A stretch of 64,000 nucleotides of DNA from Myxococcales bacterium (GCA_043747615.1 JAYTOU010000044.1:1-64000), one strand, 5' to 3'. Counted from the first letter of the stretch, positions 29,414-38,453 are shown. The notes: generated from the sequence alone by a model not told the origin. A program made the numbers and translations.

Positions 29414-30817
29414 CTACGCTTTGCGTTCGTCCGGCGACTCGGGCGGGGCCGACGTGCTCGGATCAGCGGCGTAGCGTTCGAGCTTGCGATAGAGCGTTTT
29501 TCTCTCGAGGCCGAGCACGCGTGCGGCGGCTGTCTTGTTCCCGGCGACGGCCTCGAGCACGCGCAGGATGTACCGTCGCTCGACCTCTTCGAGCGGGACA
29601 AGTTCCGTCGGATCGTTGCTCGCCAGCACGACGTGCGAGAACCGATAGTCCCGGATCTTCTCGGGCAAATCGTCGACGCAAATGTCCTCGAAGCGGGCGA
29701 GGGCGATCGCGCGTTCCATGCTGTTTTGAAGCTCGCGGACGTTGCCAGGCCACGCGTAAGCGGCAAGCTTCTCGGCGACCTCCTTCGAAAATCCCTTCAC
29801 GTTCTTGCCCGACTCCTCCGCAAAACGGCGGACGAAGTGGAGAGCGAGGGGAAGCGCGTCACCGCCGCGCGCACGGAGCGGCGGAAGAGAAATGTGGATC
29901 ACATTGATGCGGTAGTAGAGGTCTTCGCGAAAACGCTTCTCCTCGATCGCGGACTCGAGATCACGGTTGCTGGCGGCGACGATCCGAACGTCGACGGGCA
30001 CCTCGGCCTTCGCGCCGAGCGGGCGAACCGTGCGCTCTTGGAGCACCCGCAGAAGCTTCGGTTGCAGGCCGATCGGCATGTCGCCGATCTCGTCGAGGAA
30101 GAGTGTTCCTCCCTTCGCCTGCACGAAGAGTCCCTGGTGGGCGTCTTTGGCATCCGTGAACGCACCCCTCACATGGCCAAAGAGCTCGCTCTCGAGAAGG
30201 GTCTCGGGGACGGCGGCGCAGTTGATGGCGACGAACGGCCCGGTGCTCCGGCGACTGTTCTTGTGGATCGCGCGCGCCACGAGCTCTTTCCCCGTGCCGC
30301 TCTCGCCGCTCACGAGAACGCTCGCCTCGGACTGGGCCACGCGCCCGATGAGATCTTGCACGCGCTGCATGGCAGGACTGTTCCCGAGGAGCTCGTCCGA
30401 GCGTGGCTGTCGCTCGACTTCAAGACGCAGCCGTTTCACTTCAGCGCGCAGCTGGCGGTGCTTGGCCGCGCGGTCGACGCTGATGGCAAGCGCATCGATC
30501 TCCACCGGTTTGCTGATGAAATCGTACGCGCCTGCGCGGATCGCCGAGACCGCGGCATCGAGGCTCCCGAACCCGGTGAGCACGACGACGGGGACATCGG
30601 GTCGATTGACGGCGACCCGCTCACAGAGCTCGAGACCGCTCATCTCGCGCATGTGCAGGTCGGTGACGACTACATCGAAGTCCCCTTCCTCGAGTGCGCG
30701 AAGAGCTTCTTTCGCCGACGTATGCCACGTGACGTGACAACCGCGCTTCTTCAGCCCGATGGCCAGTGTTTCGCACAAACTTTGATCGTCATCGACGAGG
30801 AGAAGCTCAACGGTCAC
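29414..30817 (-). CDS. sigma54-dependent response regulator (NtrC/ZraR/AtoC type)
   Basis: Receiver; GESGTGKE; GAFTDA (GAFTGA-loop variant); WPGNVREL; HTH GNKTAAARVLGLERKTLYRKL. Confidence 0.96.
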   Translation of the reverse strand: MTVELLLVDDDQSLCETLAIGLKKRGCHVTWHTSAKEALRALEEGDFDVVVTDLHMREMSGLELCERVAVNRPDVPVVVLTGFGSLDAAVSAIRAGAYDFISKPVEIDALAISVDRAAKHRQLRAEVKRLRLEVERQPRSDELLGNSPAMQRVQDLIGRVAQSEASVLVSGESGTGKELVARAIHKNSRRSTGPFVAINCAAVPETLLESELFGHVRGAFTDAKDAHQGLFVQAKGGTLFLDEIGDMPIGLQPKLLRVLQERTVRPLGAKAEVPVDVRIVAASNRDLESAIEEKRFREDLYYRINVIHISLPPLRARGGDALPLALHFVRRFAEESGKNVKGFSKEVAEKLAAYAWPGNVRELQNSMERAIALARFEDICVDDLPEKIRDYRFSHVVLASNDPTELVPLEEVERRYILRVLEAVAGNKTAAARVLGLERKTLYRKLERYAADPSTSAPPESPDERKA

Positions 30818-32259
30818 GTGGGCGTCCCGACCGGCAGGTAAATCGAGAACACGGTCCCTTCTTTAGCCTCGCTGCGCACATCAATCCAGCCTCCATGGTC
30901 CCTGACGATCCCGTGCGTCACGGAGAGCCCCAGGCCGGTCCCTTCGCCGACGTCCTTGGTCGTGAAGAACGGCTCGAAGATGTGCGGAAGATCGCCTGGC
31001 GCGATTCCGGTGCCTTGATCGTGAACGCGCACGCAGAGGTGCGGCGCCGGCTGCGTGGTGCCAGGAGCTGGGATCGATTCGCGCTCGATGGCCACGTCGA
31101 CCACGCCCCCGCTCGGCATCGCGTGGATCGCGTTGACGACGAGGTTGGTCATGGCCTGCTGGATCTCGGCGCCATCGACGATGGCCGTCGTCTCCGGCGC
31201 TTCACAACGTAGCTCGAGCCGAACCTCGCGCTTTTCTGCGAGCGGGCGGAGCAGCTCCAGCACCTCACTCGCGAGGCGTTGCAAGTCGCGCGGCGCTTTG
31301 TCCGCCGATTTACGCCGGGCAAAGGCCAGAAGTTGACGGATGACCTTCGCCATTCGGTGGGACGCTTCACCGATGATGCGCCCGTAGTCACGCGACTCCG
31401 TGAGGCTGGCATCCCCCGACGAGATCATTTCCGCGCGCGCCGAGATCACGTTCAGCGGCGTGCCGAGTTCGTGAGCGATGCCGGACGCGAGCTTGCCCAC
31501 GGTCATGAGTCGGTCCGCGTGGCGCAGCTGCTCGAGGGTCGCGATCCGGGCGGAGGTCTCTTGCTCGATCCGCTTGTGCGCTTCGACGAGGCGTTCGCAC
31601 ATCGCGTTCATCTCGAGGGCGAGCTGCCCGAGCTCGTCCGTCTGCGGAAGATCGAGCGGGGTCGAAAAGTCACCCGACCCGATGCGCTGAGCCTTTGCGG
31701 AAAGGGCTTTGACGGGTCGACCAACGAACCAGAATCCGAGAATGATCGAGAGCGCCCCGCTCACAAGAGCAAGGGTCAGCGTCGTTCCGATGGTGTCGAC
31801 AACGATGCCATGGACAGCCCGCTCCTCCGCTTCGAGCGGTTCGGCGAGCTCGATCGTGCCTGCGTGAACGCCCGCGACGGACACCGGGACGTACGTCAAG
31901 CGCTCCGCGCCGGCAGCCGTGCTCGCGATCCGAGTGAGCGCCTCGCCCGGGGCGAGATCGCGGAGCGCGGCAGCGTTTACGGCGCCTTTGCCGGTGTCAG
32001 GCCCGTCCAGCCATCGAACGTGAGCCCTTCCGCCGCGGGCGTTCACCCCCTCGACGATTGCGAGCGCTTCGCCGCGGCCACCCGTCCGCCAGAGCGCAGA
32101 GACCGCGGCACCGAGCGAGCGCCCAAGCAGCGCTTGATCGTGAACACGGTCCGCGTGCAGGACGGCGACTTCGCGCTGCACTCGTAGGTACCCGTTGGCG
32201 ACCAGCACCGCGAAGGTGCCCGCGATGAGCGCGGCCGTGAGCTTGGGAACGAGCTTCAT
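30814..32259 (-). CDS. Sensor histidine kinase (HAMP, NtrB/ZraS type)
   Basis: AHELGTPLN, NLVVNAIHAM, FEPFFTTK..GEGTGLGL; GTGA overlap with the regulator. Confidence 0.95.
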   Translation of the reverse strand: MKLVPKLTAALIAGTFAVLVANGYLRVQREVAVLHADRVHDQALLGRSLGAAVSALWRTGGRGEALAIVEGVNARGGRAHVRWLDGPDTGKGAVNAAALRDLAPGEALTRIASTAAGAERLTYVPVSVAGVHAGTIELAEPLEAEERAVHGIVVDTIGTTLTLALVSGALSIILGFWFVGRPVKALSAKAQRIGSGDFSTPLDLPQTDELGQLALEMNAMCERLVEAHKRIEQETSARIATLEQLRHADRLMTVGKLASGIAHELGTPLNVISARAEMISSGDASLTESRDYGRIIGEASHRMAKVIRQLLAFARRKSADKAPRDLQRLASEVLELLRPLAEKREVRLELRCEAPETTAIVDGAEIQQAMTNLVVNAIHAMPSGGVVDVAIERESIPAPGTTQPAPHLCVRVHDQGTGIAPGDLPHIFEPFFTTKDVGEGTGLGLSVTHGIVRDHGGWIDVRSEAKEGTVFSIYLPVGTPT

Positions 32260-32328
32260 GCCCGACTCTTATGCGAGATCGGTGCTCGGCGCGAACGCTC
32301 GATTCGCCGAACGGAGAGGGTGCCGAGC

Positions 32329-32361
32329 GAGTCGAATGGGAACAGCGTGTCGAATCGACCC
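32329..32361. promoter_or_regulatory. 33-bp double-palindrome motif (copy 3), between the kinase operon and the receiver operon
   Basis: GAGTC-GAATG-GGAAC-AGC-GTGTC-GAATC-GACCC. Confidence 0.65.
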
Positions 32362-32416
32362 AGTCTTAGCGCCCATACACTCGCGAGTCGTTGGCGCAGA
32401 GCACGCCCAGCGCGGC

Positions 32417-32432
32417 TGGCACGCCGGATGCT
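32417..32432 (+). promoter_or_regulatory. sigma54 promoter
   Basis: TGGCAC-GCCGG-ATGCT. Confidence 0.75.
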
Positions 32433-32444
32433 CCTCTTGGCACC

Positions 32445-32888
32445 ATGACTACCCCGAACCCGCCATCGACGTCGCCGAGATCGAGCCGTCGTCCGCCCCG
32501 GATCTTGGTCGCGGAGGACGATCTCGAGATGCGACGGCTCGTCATCGATGCGCTTCGCCGCGACGGCTACGAAGTCGTCGATGTGAGCGACGGCGGACAG
32601 TTGCTACTTCGGATCACCGACATCTTCAGGCTGCGCCCGTCACCGGACCCGATTGATCTCATTCTCACCGACGTTCAGATGCCGACCTGCAACGGCTTCG
32701 ACATCATCGAAGGATTGCGCGACGCGCACTGGACGACGCCGGTGATCATCATGACGGCGTTCGGTGACGACGCCGCCCGCGCCCGCGCAAAGAGCTTGAA
32801 CGCAGTTCTCTTGGACAAGCCGTTCGCGATGGCCGCGCTACGCGCCGAGGTCCGAGAGCTTCTCGACGCGACCAAAACGGCCGCGTGA
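32445..32888 (+). CDS. Stand-alone receiver protein
   Basis: LVAEDD, TDVQMP, MTAFGD, KPF. Confidence 0.92.
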   Translation: MTTPNPPSTSPRSSRRPPRILVAEDDLEMRRLVIDALRRDGYEVVDVSDGGQLLLRITDIFRLRPSPDPIDLILTDVQMPTCNGFDIIEGLRDAHWTTPVIIMTAFGDDAARARAKSLNAVLLDKPFAMAALRAEVRELLDATKTAA

Positions 32889-32940
32889 GCAACCCACCGT
32901 GGACGACCTAACGCACTGACCAAAAAAAGGGGCCCACGAT

Positions 32941-33393
32941 ATGGAACCAATCAGCACACCAGCTTCGGGCTCACTCAGGGCGATCCCCGGTCCGCGCCCG
33001 CGGGCGCCACACGGCCCGCCGCGCATCATCCTCGCCGAGGACGATCCCGACATGCGAAGCGTCCTCGCGGAGGTCCTTCGTAAGGATGGCTACCTCGTTC
33101 AAGAGGCCGAGGACGGTGGGCGTCTGCTCGTGCGAGTGACCGCACGCTACCTCCATCCGGAGGTCGACGTGGACCTCATCATTTCTGACATTCGGATGCC
33201 GGTCTGCACGGGACTGCAGATCCTCTCCGGCCTACGGGATACGCACTGGAGGGTGCCGGTGATCCTCATGACTGCGTTCGGCGACGATCAGACTCGCGCG
33301 CACGCCGAGCTGCTTGGCGCCGTTCTCTTCGACAAGCCATTTCCGATCGACGATTTGCGGACCGCGGTCCGCAATCTCGTGCCTCTTTCATAG
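32941..33393 (+). CDS. Stand-alone receiver protein (tandem paralogue)
   Basis: LAEDD, SDIRMP, MTAFGD, KPF. Confidence 0.92.
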   Translation: MEPISTPASGSLRAIPGPRPRAPHGPPRIILAEDDPDMRSVLAEVLRKDGYLVQEAEDGGRLLVRVTARYLHPEVDVDLIISDIRMPVCTGLQILSGLRDTHWRVPVILMTAFGDDQTRAHAELLGAVLFDKPFPIDDLRTAVRNLVPLS

Positions 33394-33395
33394 CC

Positions 33396-33428
33396 GAGTC
33401 ATTTGGACACGGTGTTTCGATTCGACCC
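33396..33428. promoter_or_regulatory. 33-bp double-palindrome motif (copy 4), about -113 to -81 of a sigma54 promoter
   Basis: GAGTC-ATTTG-GACAC-GGT-GTTTC-GATTC-GACCC. Confidence 0.7.
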
Positions 33429-33482
33429 AATGCGCCTGGATTTTCCGGCGCGATCTCTCCGCGCCCCATCGTTCTCGGCGCG

Positions 33483-33498
33483 TGGCACGCGACCTGCT
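33483..33498 (+). promoter_or_regulatory. sigma54 promoter
   Basis: TGGCAC-GCGAC-CTGCT. Confidence 0.75.
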
Positions 33499-33528
33499 TA
33501 GGCAGGTCATCACATCACTGGAGGTCAC

Positions 33529-34065
33529 ATGAATACCCGATCGCTCGTCGTTTCTTTTCTGTTGGTAGGCGGCTCGTCTCTCGCGGCAGTAGGCTGCGCG
33601 GCGAACAAAGTTGCGGTTCGTCCAACCGAGCCCGCCACCGTGCAAACCACGGCGGCCGCGACCCCTCCGCCCAAGGTCACTGGGAACGTCGGCGTTTCCG
33701 ACGACCTCGCGCGCGCGTGCAAGCTCGATTTCACCCAAATCGATCGCGCACCGAAGTTCGATTTTGATCAGAGCGATCTGTCTTCCGCCGATCGCGCCGT
33801 GCTTCAGCAGGTCGCGGCCTGCCTCACCACCGGCCCCATGAAAGGACGCGGCCTTCGCCTCGTTGGTCGCGCGGATCGCCGCGGTGAGGTCGAGTACAAC
33901 ATGGCGCTCGGCGAGCATCGGGCGGGCGGCACGCGGGCATACCTCGCGGAGCTAGGGGTAGCCGGCGCAAAGATGATCGAGACCTCCCGCGGCAAGCTCG
34001 ATGCAACGGGAACAAGCGAGGAGGGGATGCGCCGCGATCGACGGGTCGACCTTTCGTTACAGTGA
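33529..34065 (+). CDS. OmpA/Pal-like lipoprotein (paralogue of 11719-12273)
   Basis: Lipobox AVGC; PKFDFDQS, GRADRRGEVEYNMALGEHRA, DRRVD. Confidence 0.9.
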   Translation: MNTRSLVVSFLLVGGSSLAAVGCAANKVAVRPTEPATVQTTAAATPPPKVTGNVGVSDDLARACKLDFTQIDRAPKFDFDQSDLSSADRAVLQQVAACLTTGPMKGRGLRLVGRADRRGEVEYNMALGEHRAGGTRAYLAELGVAGAKMIETSRGKLDATGTSEEGMRRDRRVDLSLQ

Positions 34066-34400
34066 CGAAGCGCACAAGCCTTGGGGCCGGGCTCGCCGCG
34101 GGGCTTCTGATGTTTGCGGCCCTGGTCGGGGCGTGTGGTTCCAGTGAGCCGCTCAGGGCCCCGAAGAGCGACGCGCTATTCGACGACCCCGATCAGCCTC
34201 CGGGAGCGGGTACGATCGGCGCGGTGGGCGCGGGTAGTGGAAAGGATGCCTCCAGCGATGCCGCACGGTCGTGCAATATCGATCACGATTGTCCGACCGG
34301 TCAGCGCTGCTTCTTTCCGACCTGCGCGCCCTCAGGTTTCGCAACGGCGCCGGTCAGTCCGACATGCCTAGACGCGAGCGCTGACTCCTCGACCGAGTGA
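34062..34400 (+). CDS. Small Cys-rich lipoprotein
   Basis: GTGA overlap; lipobox VGAC; CNIDHDCPTGQRC. Confidence 0.65.
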   Translation: MTKRTSLGAGLAAGLLMFAALVGACGSSEPLRAPKSDALFDDPDQPPGAGTIGAVGAGSGKDASSDAARSCNIDHDCPTGQRCFFPTCAPSGFATAPVSPTCLDASADSSTE

Positions 34401-34442
34401 CCGGGGACGAAGCGAGGGACGGACCCGATGTCAGCACGACAG

Positions 34443-34922
34443 TCAGTCGAACATCGCGACCTGACGCCGCGCCTCGTCGAATCCCGCCTGGATCGCTGCG
34501 TACTGCTCTTGGACCAAGGCGCGCACGTCCTTGGGCAACGTGCCTAGCGGCTCTCGGACGATCGCTGCCTCATATGCCTTGAGCGCCGCCTGCTCACCGC
34601 GCGCCCACTCCTCGACGATCACGCGATCGTTTCGCCCTCCAAGCGCGAGTCGCACGTCCATCCATCCGCGGTCGGCAGTCCCCCTGGCCCTCCCTTCGTT
34701 CTCGGCGAACGCGCCGAGCTTCTGGATCGCGGACTGAAGCGCGAGGACGAAGCCCGCTCGCTCTTTCGACTTCTGGTGAAGGATCGCTTTGAGAGAGGGT
34801 TGGCGTACGTCGGCCGCCGCCGCGGCGTATCCCTTTTCTCTATCCATGCAGACCTCGATGCATGTGTTGAGAACGAAAACTACGTGTCCGGACTCCGCTT
34901 GCTGGATCGTCAGGCTTGACAT
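34443..34922 (-). CDS. PA2169-family four-helix-bundle protein
   Basis: LNTCIEVCMDREKGYAAAA...ER..F...LQ...RGWMDV...GEQAALKAYE. Confidence 0.85.
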   Translation of the reverse strand: MSSLTIQQAESGHVVFVLNTCIEVCMDREKGYAAAAADVRQPSLKAILHQKSKERAGFVLALQSAIQKLGAFAENEGRARGTADRGWMDVRLALGGRNDRVIVEEWARGEQAALKAYEAAIVREPLGTLPKDVRALVQEQYAAIQAGFDEARRQVAMFD

Positions 34923-34935
34923 GGGTTTCTCCTAT

Positions 34936-34981
34936 TGCAGCCAAGATGCCAACGATGCGTGTCTTGGGCACGAACCTCGCA
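34936..34981. promoter_or_regulatory. Back-to-back sigma54 promoters
   Basis: Minus 34936-34951 TGGCAT-CTTGG-CTGCA; plus 34966-34981 GGGCAC-GAACC-TCGCA. Confidence 0.65.
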
Positions 34982-34992
34982 GTTGAGCGATC

Positions 34993-35376
34993 ATGCTTCA
35001 TGCCGCCGTGTGGATCGATCATCAGGAAGCGAAGATTTTCCATGTCGACCCGGAGTGCGTCGACGCAACCACGGTCCACGGTCCGCAGCGCCACGTACGG
35101 CGGCACCGCGGCGTGCGAGCGGAAAGAGGCCTCCCCGGCGAGGCGGAGCCGTTCTATCGTGAGGTCGTCCAGGCGCTCGAAGGCGCGGAGAAGATCCTCG
35201 TGCTCGGACCTGCCACGGCGAAACACGACTTCGTCGAGCACGTCTACAAGTACGATCAGGTGCTCGCCCCGAAAATCGTGGGGGTCCAATGGGTCGACGA
35301 CACGGCCGATGGTGAGTTCTTAAAGTTCGTGCGTGGCTACTTCCGCGCTGCGGAGCGAAAGGCCTGGCGGGTGTGA
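34993..35376 (+). CDS. Small 'translational machinery' (eRF1-domain-2-like) protein
   Basis: HAAVWIDHQEAKIF...FYREV..AL.GAEKILVLGPATAK..F...KIVGV..VD. Confidence 0.75.
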   Translation: MLHAAVWIDHQEAKIFHVDPECVDATTVHGPQRHVRRHRGVRAERGLPGEAEPFYREVVQALEGAEKILVLGPATAKHDFVEHVYKYDQVLAPKIVGVQWVDDTADGEFLKFVRGYFRAAERKAWRV

Positions 35377-35403
35377 TTCCGACACGGCGCGTCGAAATGA
35401 CCC
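35371..35403. promoter_or_regulatory. 33-bp double-palindrome motif (copy 5)
   Basis: GTGTG-ATTCC-GACAC-GGC-GCGTC-GAAAT-GACCC. Confidence 0.6.
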
Positions 35404-35465
35404 AGCCGCTCTACCGCGACGACGGCGAGCACCACGGTGCGTTGCGAGGAGCAGACTTCCCGTGT

Positions 35466-36719
35466 TCACGCGACCGGCTGCGGGACAACGTCGCGCCTGG
35501 TTGCGATCGCGCATGCGTGCCTCAGCGTCACGCTGCTGGCGAGCACCGACACGCAAAGCACCGGCCACATCGCCGCAAAGCCGTGGGTGGACACGAAGAG
35601 CGGACGTAGGAGATCGATCGCAATACCGGTGATCGTCGGACCGAGGAGCGTCCCCACGCCGCTACTCACATCAAAGAGGCCTGCCATGGTGCCATGGCTG
35701 CGCGAGGGCATCAGGCGCATGAGGAGCGCGTATGGCAGGGCGACCGCCGCCCCTCCGGAGAGCGCGATGAACGGAAAGGCGATCCCGAGAAGAACGGTGG
35801 ACGTCGAGAAGGTGCCGAGGCCGAGCCCAAGCCCGAAGACGGTAAGTGCGATCGAAAGGACGCGGGGAGTGCCGTGTCGGTCCGCAAGCTTGCCGGACAC
35901 CAGCGCGCCGAGTACGGCTCCGACGGCGACGACGGACATCACCGCCGCAGTGAACTTCATGCTCTTGCCCAGCCCCTCGGTCAGCCAGAGAACGACGAAG
36001 CTCTTGAGGCCGCCGAGTCCGAGCGTCAGGAGCGCGTTGCCGATGACGAAGTATCGGATGTCGGGATGGTCACGGAGTAGCGCCAAGACCTCCGCGGCAG
36101 GCGAGCGCGGATCGCGTTCTGCCTCCGCATGCTGCCAGCGGCGTCCGCGGAGTCCCACCACGAGGACCGCGGTCGAAAGGAGCAGAGCGGTTGCAGCGGC
36201 GAGGTAAGGCAGAGGCCGCCAGACGTCGAGAAGGAACCCCCCACCGACGAGTGCGCAGCCGAGGCCGATCTCGCTGAAGACGCCCTGGATTCCCTGCGCG
36301 CGCCCGCTCGCACCCTCGGAGACGAGATCGGGGTAGAGCGCGCGGTACGGCGCAAAGTACGTGAAATAGGCGAGATAGAAGAAGAACGCCTCCACGGCCA
36401 TGACCGAGAGCGAGGGCGCGAACGGGAGGAGGCAGAGCGAAACGGCCGCAACCGGAGCGGTGGCCATGAGGTACGGGAGACGGCGGCCGAACGGCGTAAC
36501 CGTCCGATCGGAGAATCTGCCCACCCAGACCGGAATGAGCACCGCGATGAGCCCCTCGCCACCGACGAGCGCGCCGATGATTGCGGTGGACGACGTGAAC
36601 CTGTGCGCGAGCACCGGGAGGTAGGTCGACAGGACCGTGAGGCACAAGGACAGCCCAATGCTCGGGACGCCGAGGAGCAGAACGAGCCGTCGCTCATCCT
36701 TCGATAGGCTAATACCCAT
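35466..36719 (-). CDS. MFS transporter (sugar/GPH-like)
   Basis: VGRFSDRT.TPFGRRLPY, PYRALYPDL, GKLADRHG; about 12 TMs. Confidence 0.88.
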   Translation of the reverse strand: MGISLSKDERRLVLLLGVPSIGLSLCLTVLSTYLPVLAHRFTSSTAIIGALVGGEGLIAVLIPVWVGRFSDRTVTPFGRRLPYLMATAPVAAVSLCLLPFAPSLSVMAVEAFFFYLAYFTYFAPYRALYPDLVSEGASGRAQGIQGVFSEIGLGCALVGGGFLLDVWRPLPYLAAATALLLSTAVLVVGLRGRRWQHAEAERDPRSPAAEVLALLRDHPDIRYFVIGNALLTLGLGGLKSFVVLWLTEGLGKSMKFTAAVMSVVAVGAVLGALVSGKLADRHGTPRVLSIALTVFGLGLGLGTFSTSTVLLGIAFPFIALSGGAAVALPYALLMRLMPSRSHGTMAGLFDVSSGVGTLLGPTITGIAIDLLRPLFVSTHGFAAMWPVLCVSVLASSVTLRHACAIATRRDVVPQPVA

Positions 36720-36806
36720 GTGCAGCGGTCGTGACTATATCCGCGTTCTCGACGGAACGTGCAACGCGTTCGGATTGCAAGAAACAGGGCAAGCGATGAA
36801 AAATTC

Positions 36807-38453
36807 ATGAAGGTGGCTGACAGCGCAGGGAAGCCCGCGGATCCGTCGATCCTGGTGAACGTTCCCAGACTCGTCACGGCCTACTACACGGAGAGGCCCG
36901 ACCCTTCGGTGCCGGCAGAGCGCGTTGCGTTCGGCACGTCGGGACATCGTGGTTCGGCATTCAAGAAGGCTTTCAACGAGTGGCATATCCTCGCCATCAC
37001 CCAGGCCATTTGCCTCTATCGGAAGGCGAAGGGGATCGACGGCCCGCTGTTTCTCGGCATGGACACCCATGCCCTCTCGGTGCCCGCGCGCGCGAGTGCA
37101 CTCGAGGTGCTGGCCGCAAACGGCGTGAACGTCATGATCGCGGGGAAGGATGAGTACACGCCTACGCCCGCCGTCTCTCACGCGATCCTCACGTACAACC
37201 GGGGCCGCAAGACAGGACTGGCAGACGGTATCGTCATCACGCCCTCCCACAATCCTCCGCATGACGGCGGGTTCAAATACAATCCCCCCAACGGCGGGCC
37301 AGCGGCATCGGCCGTCACCAGCGCCATCGAAGCGAAGGCTAACGAATTTCTTGCGGCTGCTCTTCTCGATGTGAAGAGAATTCCCTTCGAGCGCGCTCTT
37401 CGCGCCGGCACCACGCACACCCACGACTATCTCGACGCCTACGTCACCGATCTCGCCAACGTGATCGACATGGATGTCATTCGCTCGGTGAACATTCGAA
37501 TCGGGGTGGATCCGCTCGGCGGTGCTGGCGTCCATTACTGGGGGCCGATTGCCGAGCGATACGGCCTGAATCTGACGGTCGTGAACGACTTCGTCGATCC
37601 CACCTTCCGTTTCATGACCGTGGACTGGGACGGCCAAATCCGCATGGACCCGTCGTCTCCTTACGCGATGGAGAGGTTGATCGGCCTGAAGGATCAATTC
37701 GAGATCGCCTTCGCGTGCGACACCGATCACGACCGGCACGGGATAGTCACCCGCAACGCGGGGCTGCTCGCGCCGAACCATTATCTTTCGGTCGCCATTT
37801 TTTATCTCCTCCACCACCGGCCGAACTGGGGCACGGAGGCGGCGGTCGGGAAGACGGTCGTGAGCACTCAGCTCATCGATCGGATCACCGCGAAGCTCGG
37901 TCGAAAGCTCTACGAAGTGCCGGTGGGCTTCAAGTGGTTCGTCGATGGTCTGCTCGACGGCTCGCTCGCCGTCGGTGTGGAGGAGAGCGCGGGTGCCTCT
38001 TTTCTCCGGCTGGATGGCCACGTCTGGACGACGGACAAAGACGGGATCGTCCCCGCCCTGCTTGCTGCGGAGATCACGGCGCGGATGGGTCGCGATCCCG
38101 GTGAGATCTACGGCGAGCTGACACGCGACTTCGGTGAGCCGCTCTACGATCGGGTCGAGGCGCCGGCCACCCCGAAGCAAAAGCTCAGGCTCGCGAAACT
38201 CTCCTCGGATCAGATCCAGTTGAAAGAGCTTGCGGGCGAAAGCATTCAGAACATCCTTACCTCCGCACCGGGCAACGGCGCGGCCATCGGTGGAGTCAAG
38301 GTGATGGCCGAGAGCGGATGGTTTGCGGCGCGGCCTTCAGGAACCGAAGACATCTACAAGATCTACGCGGAGAGTTTTCGGGGAGCGCAGCATCTGCGCC
38401 GCATTCTTGAAGAAGCCCAAACGATCGTCGGGCCGGCTCTCGGCGAAGATTGA
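36807..38453 (+). CDS. pgm: Phosphoglucomutase
   Basis: FGTSGHRG, TPSHNPP, DTDHDR, EESAG, RPSGTE. Confidence 0.97.
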   Translation: MKVADSAGKPADPSILVNVPRLVTAYYTERPDPSVPAERVAFGTSGHRGSAFKKAFNEWHILAITQAICLYRKAKGIDGPLFLGMDTHALSVPARASALEVLAANGVNVMIAGKDEYTPTPAVSHAILTYNRGRKTGLADGIVITPSHNPPHDGGFKYNPPNGGPAASAVTSAIEAKANEFLAAALLDVKRIPFERALRAGTTHTHDYLDAYVTDLANVIDMDVIRSVNIRIGVDPLGGAGVHYWGPIAERYGLNLTVVNDFVDPTFRFMTVDWDGQIRMDPSSPYAMERLIGLKDQFEIAFACDTDHDRHGIVTRNAGLLAPNHYLSVAIFYLLHHRPNWGTEAAVGKTVVSTQLIDRITAKLGRKLYEVPVGFKWFVDGLLDGSLAVGVEESAGASFLRLDGHVWTTDKDGIVPALLAAEITARMGRDPGEIYGELTRDFGEPLYDRVEAPATPKQKLRLAKLSSDQIQLKELAGESIQNILTSAPGNGAAIGGVKVMAESGWFAARPSGTEDIYKIYAESFRGAQHLRRILEEAQTIVGPALGED

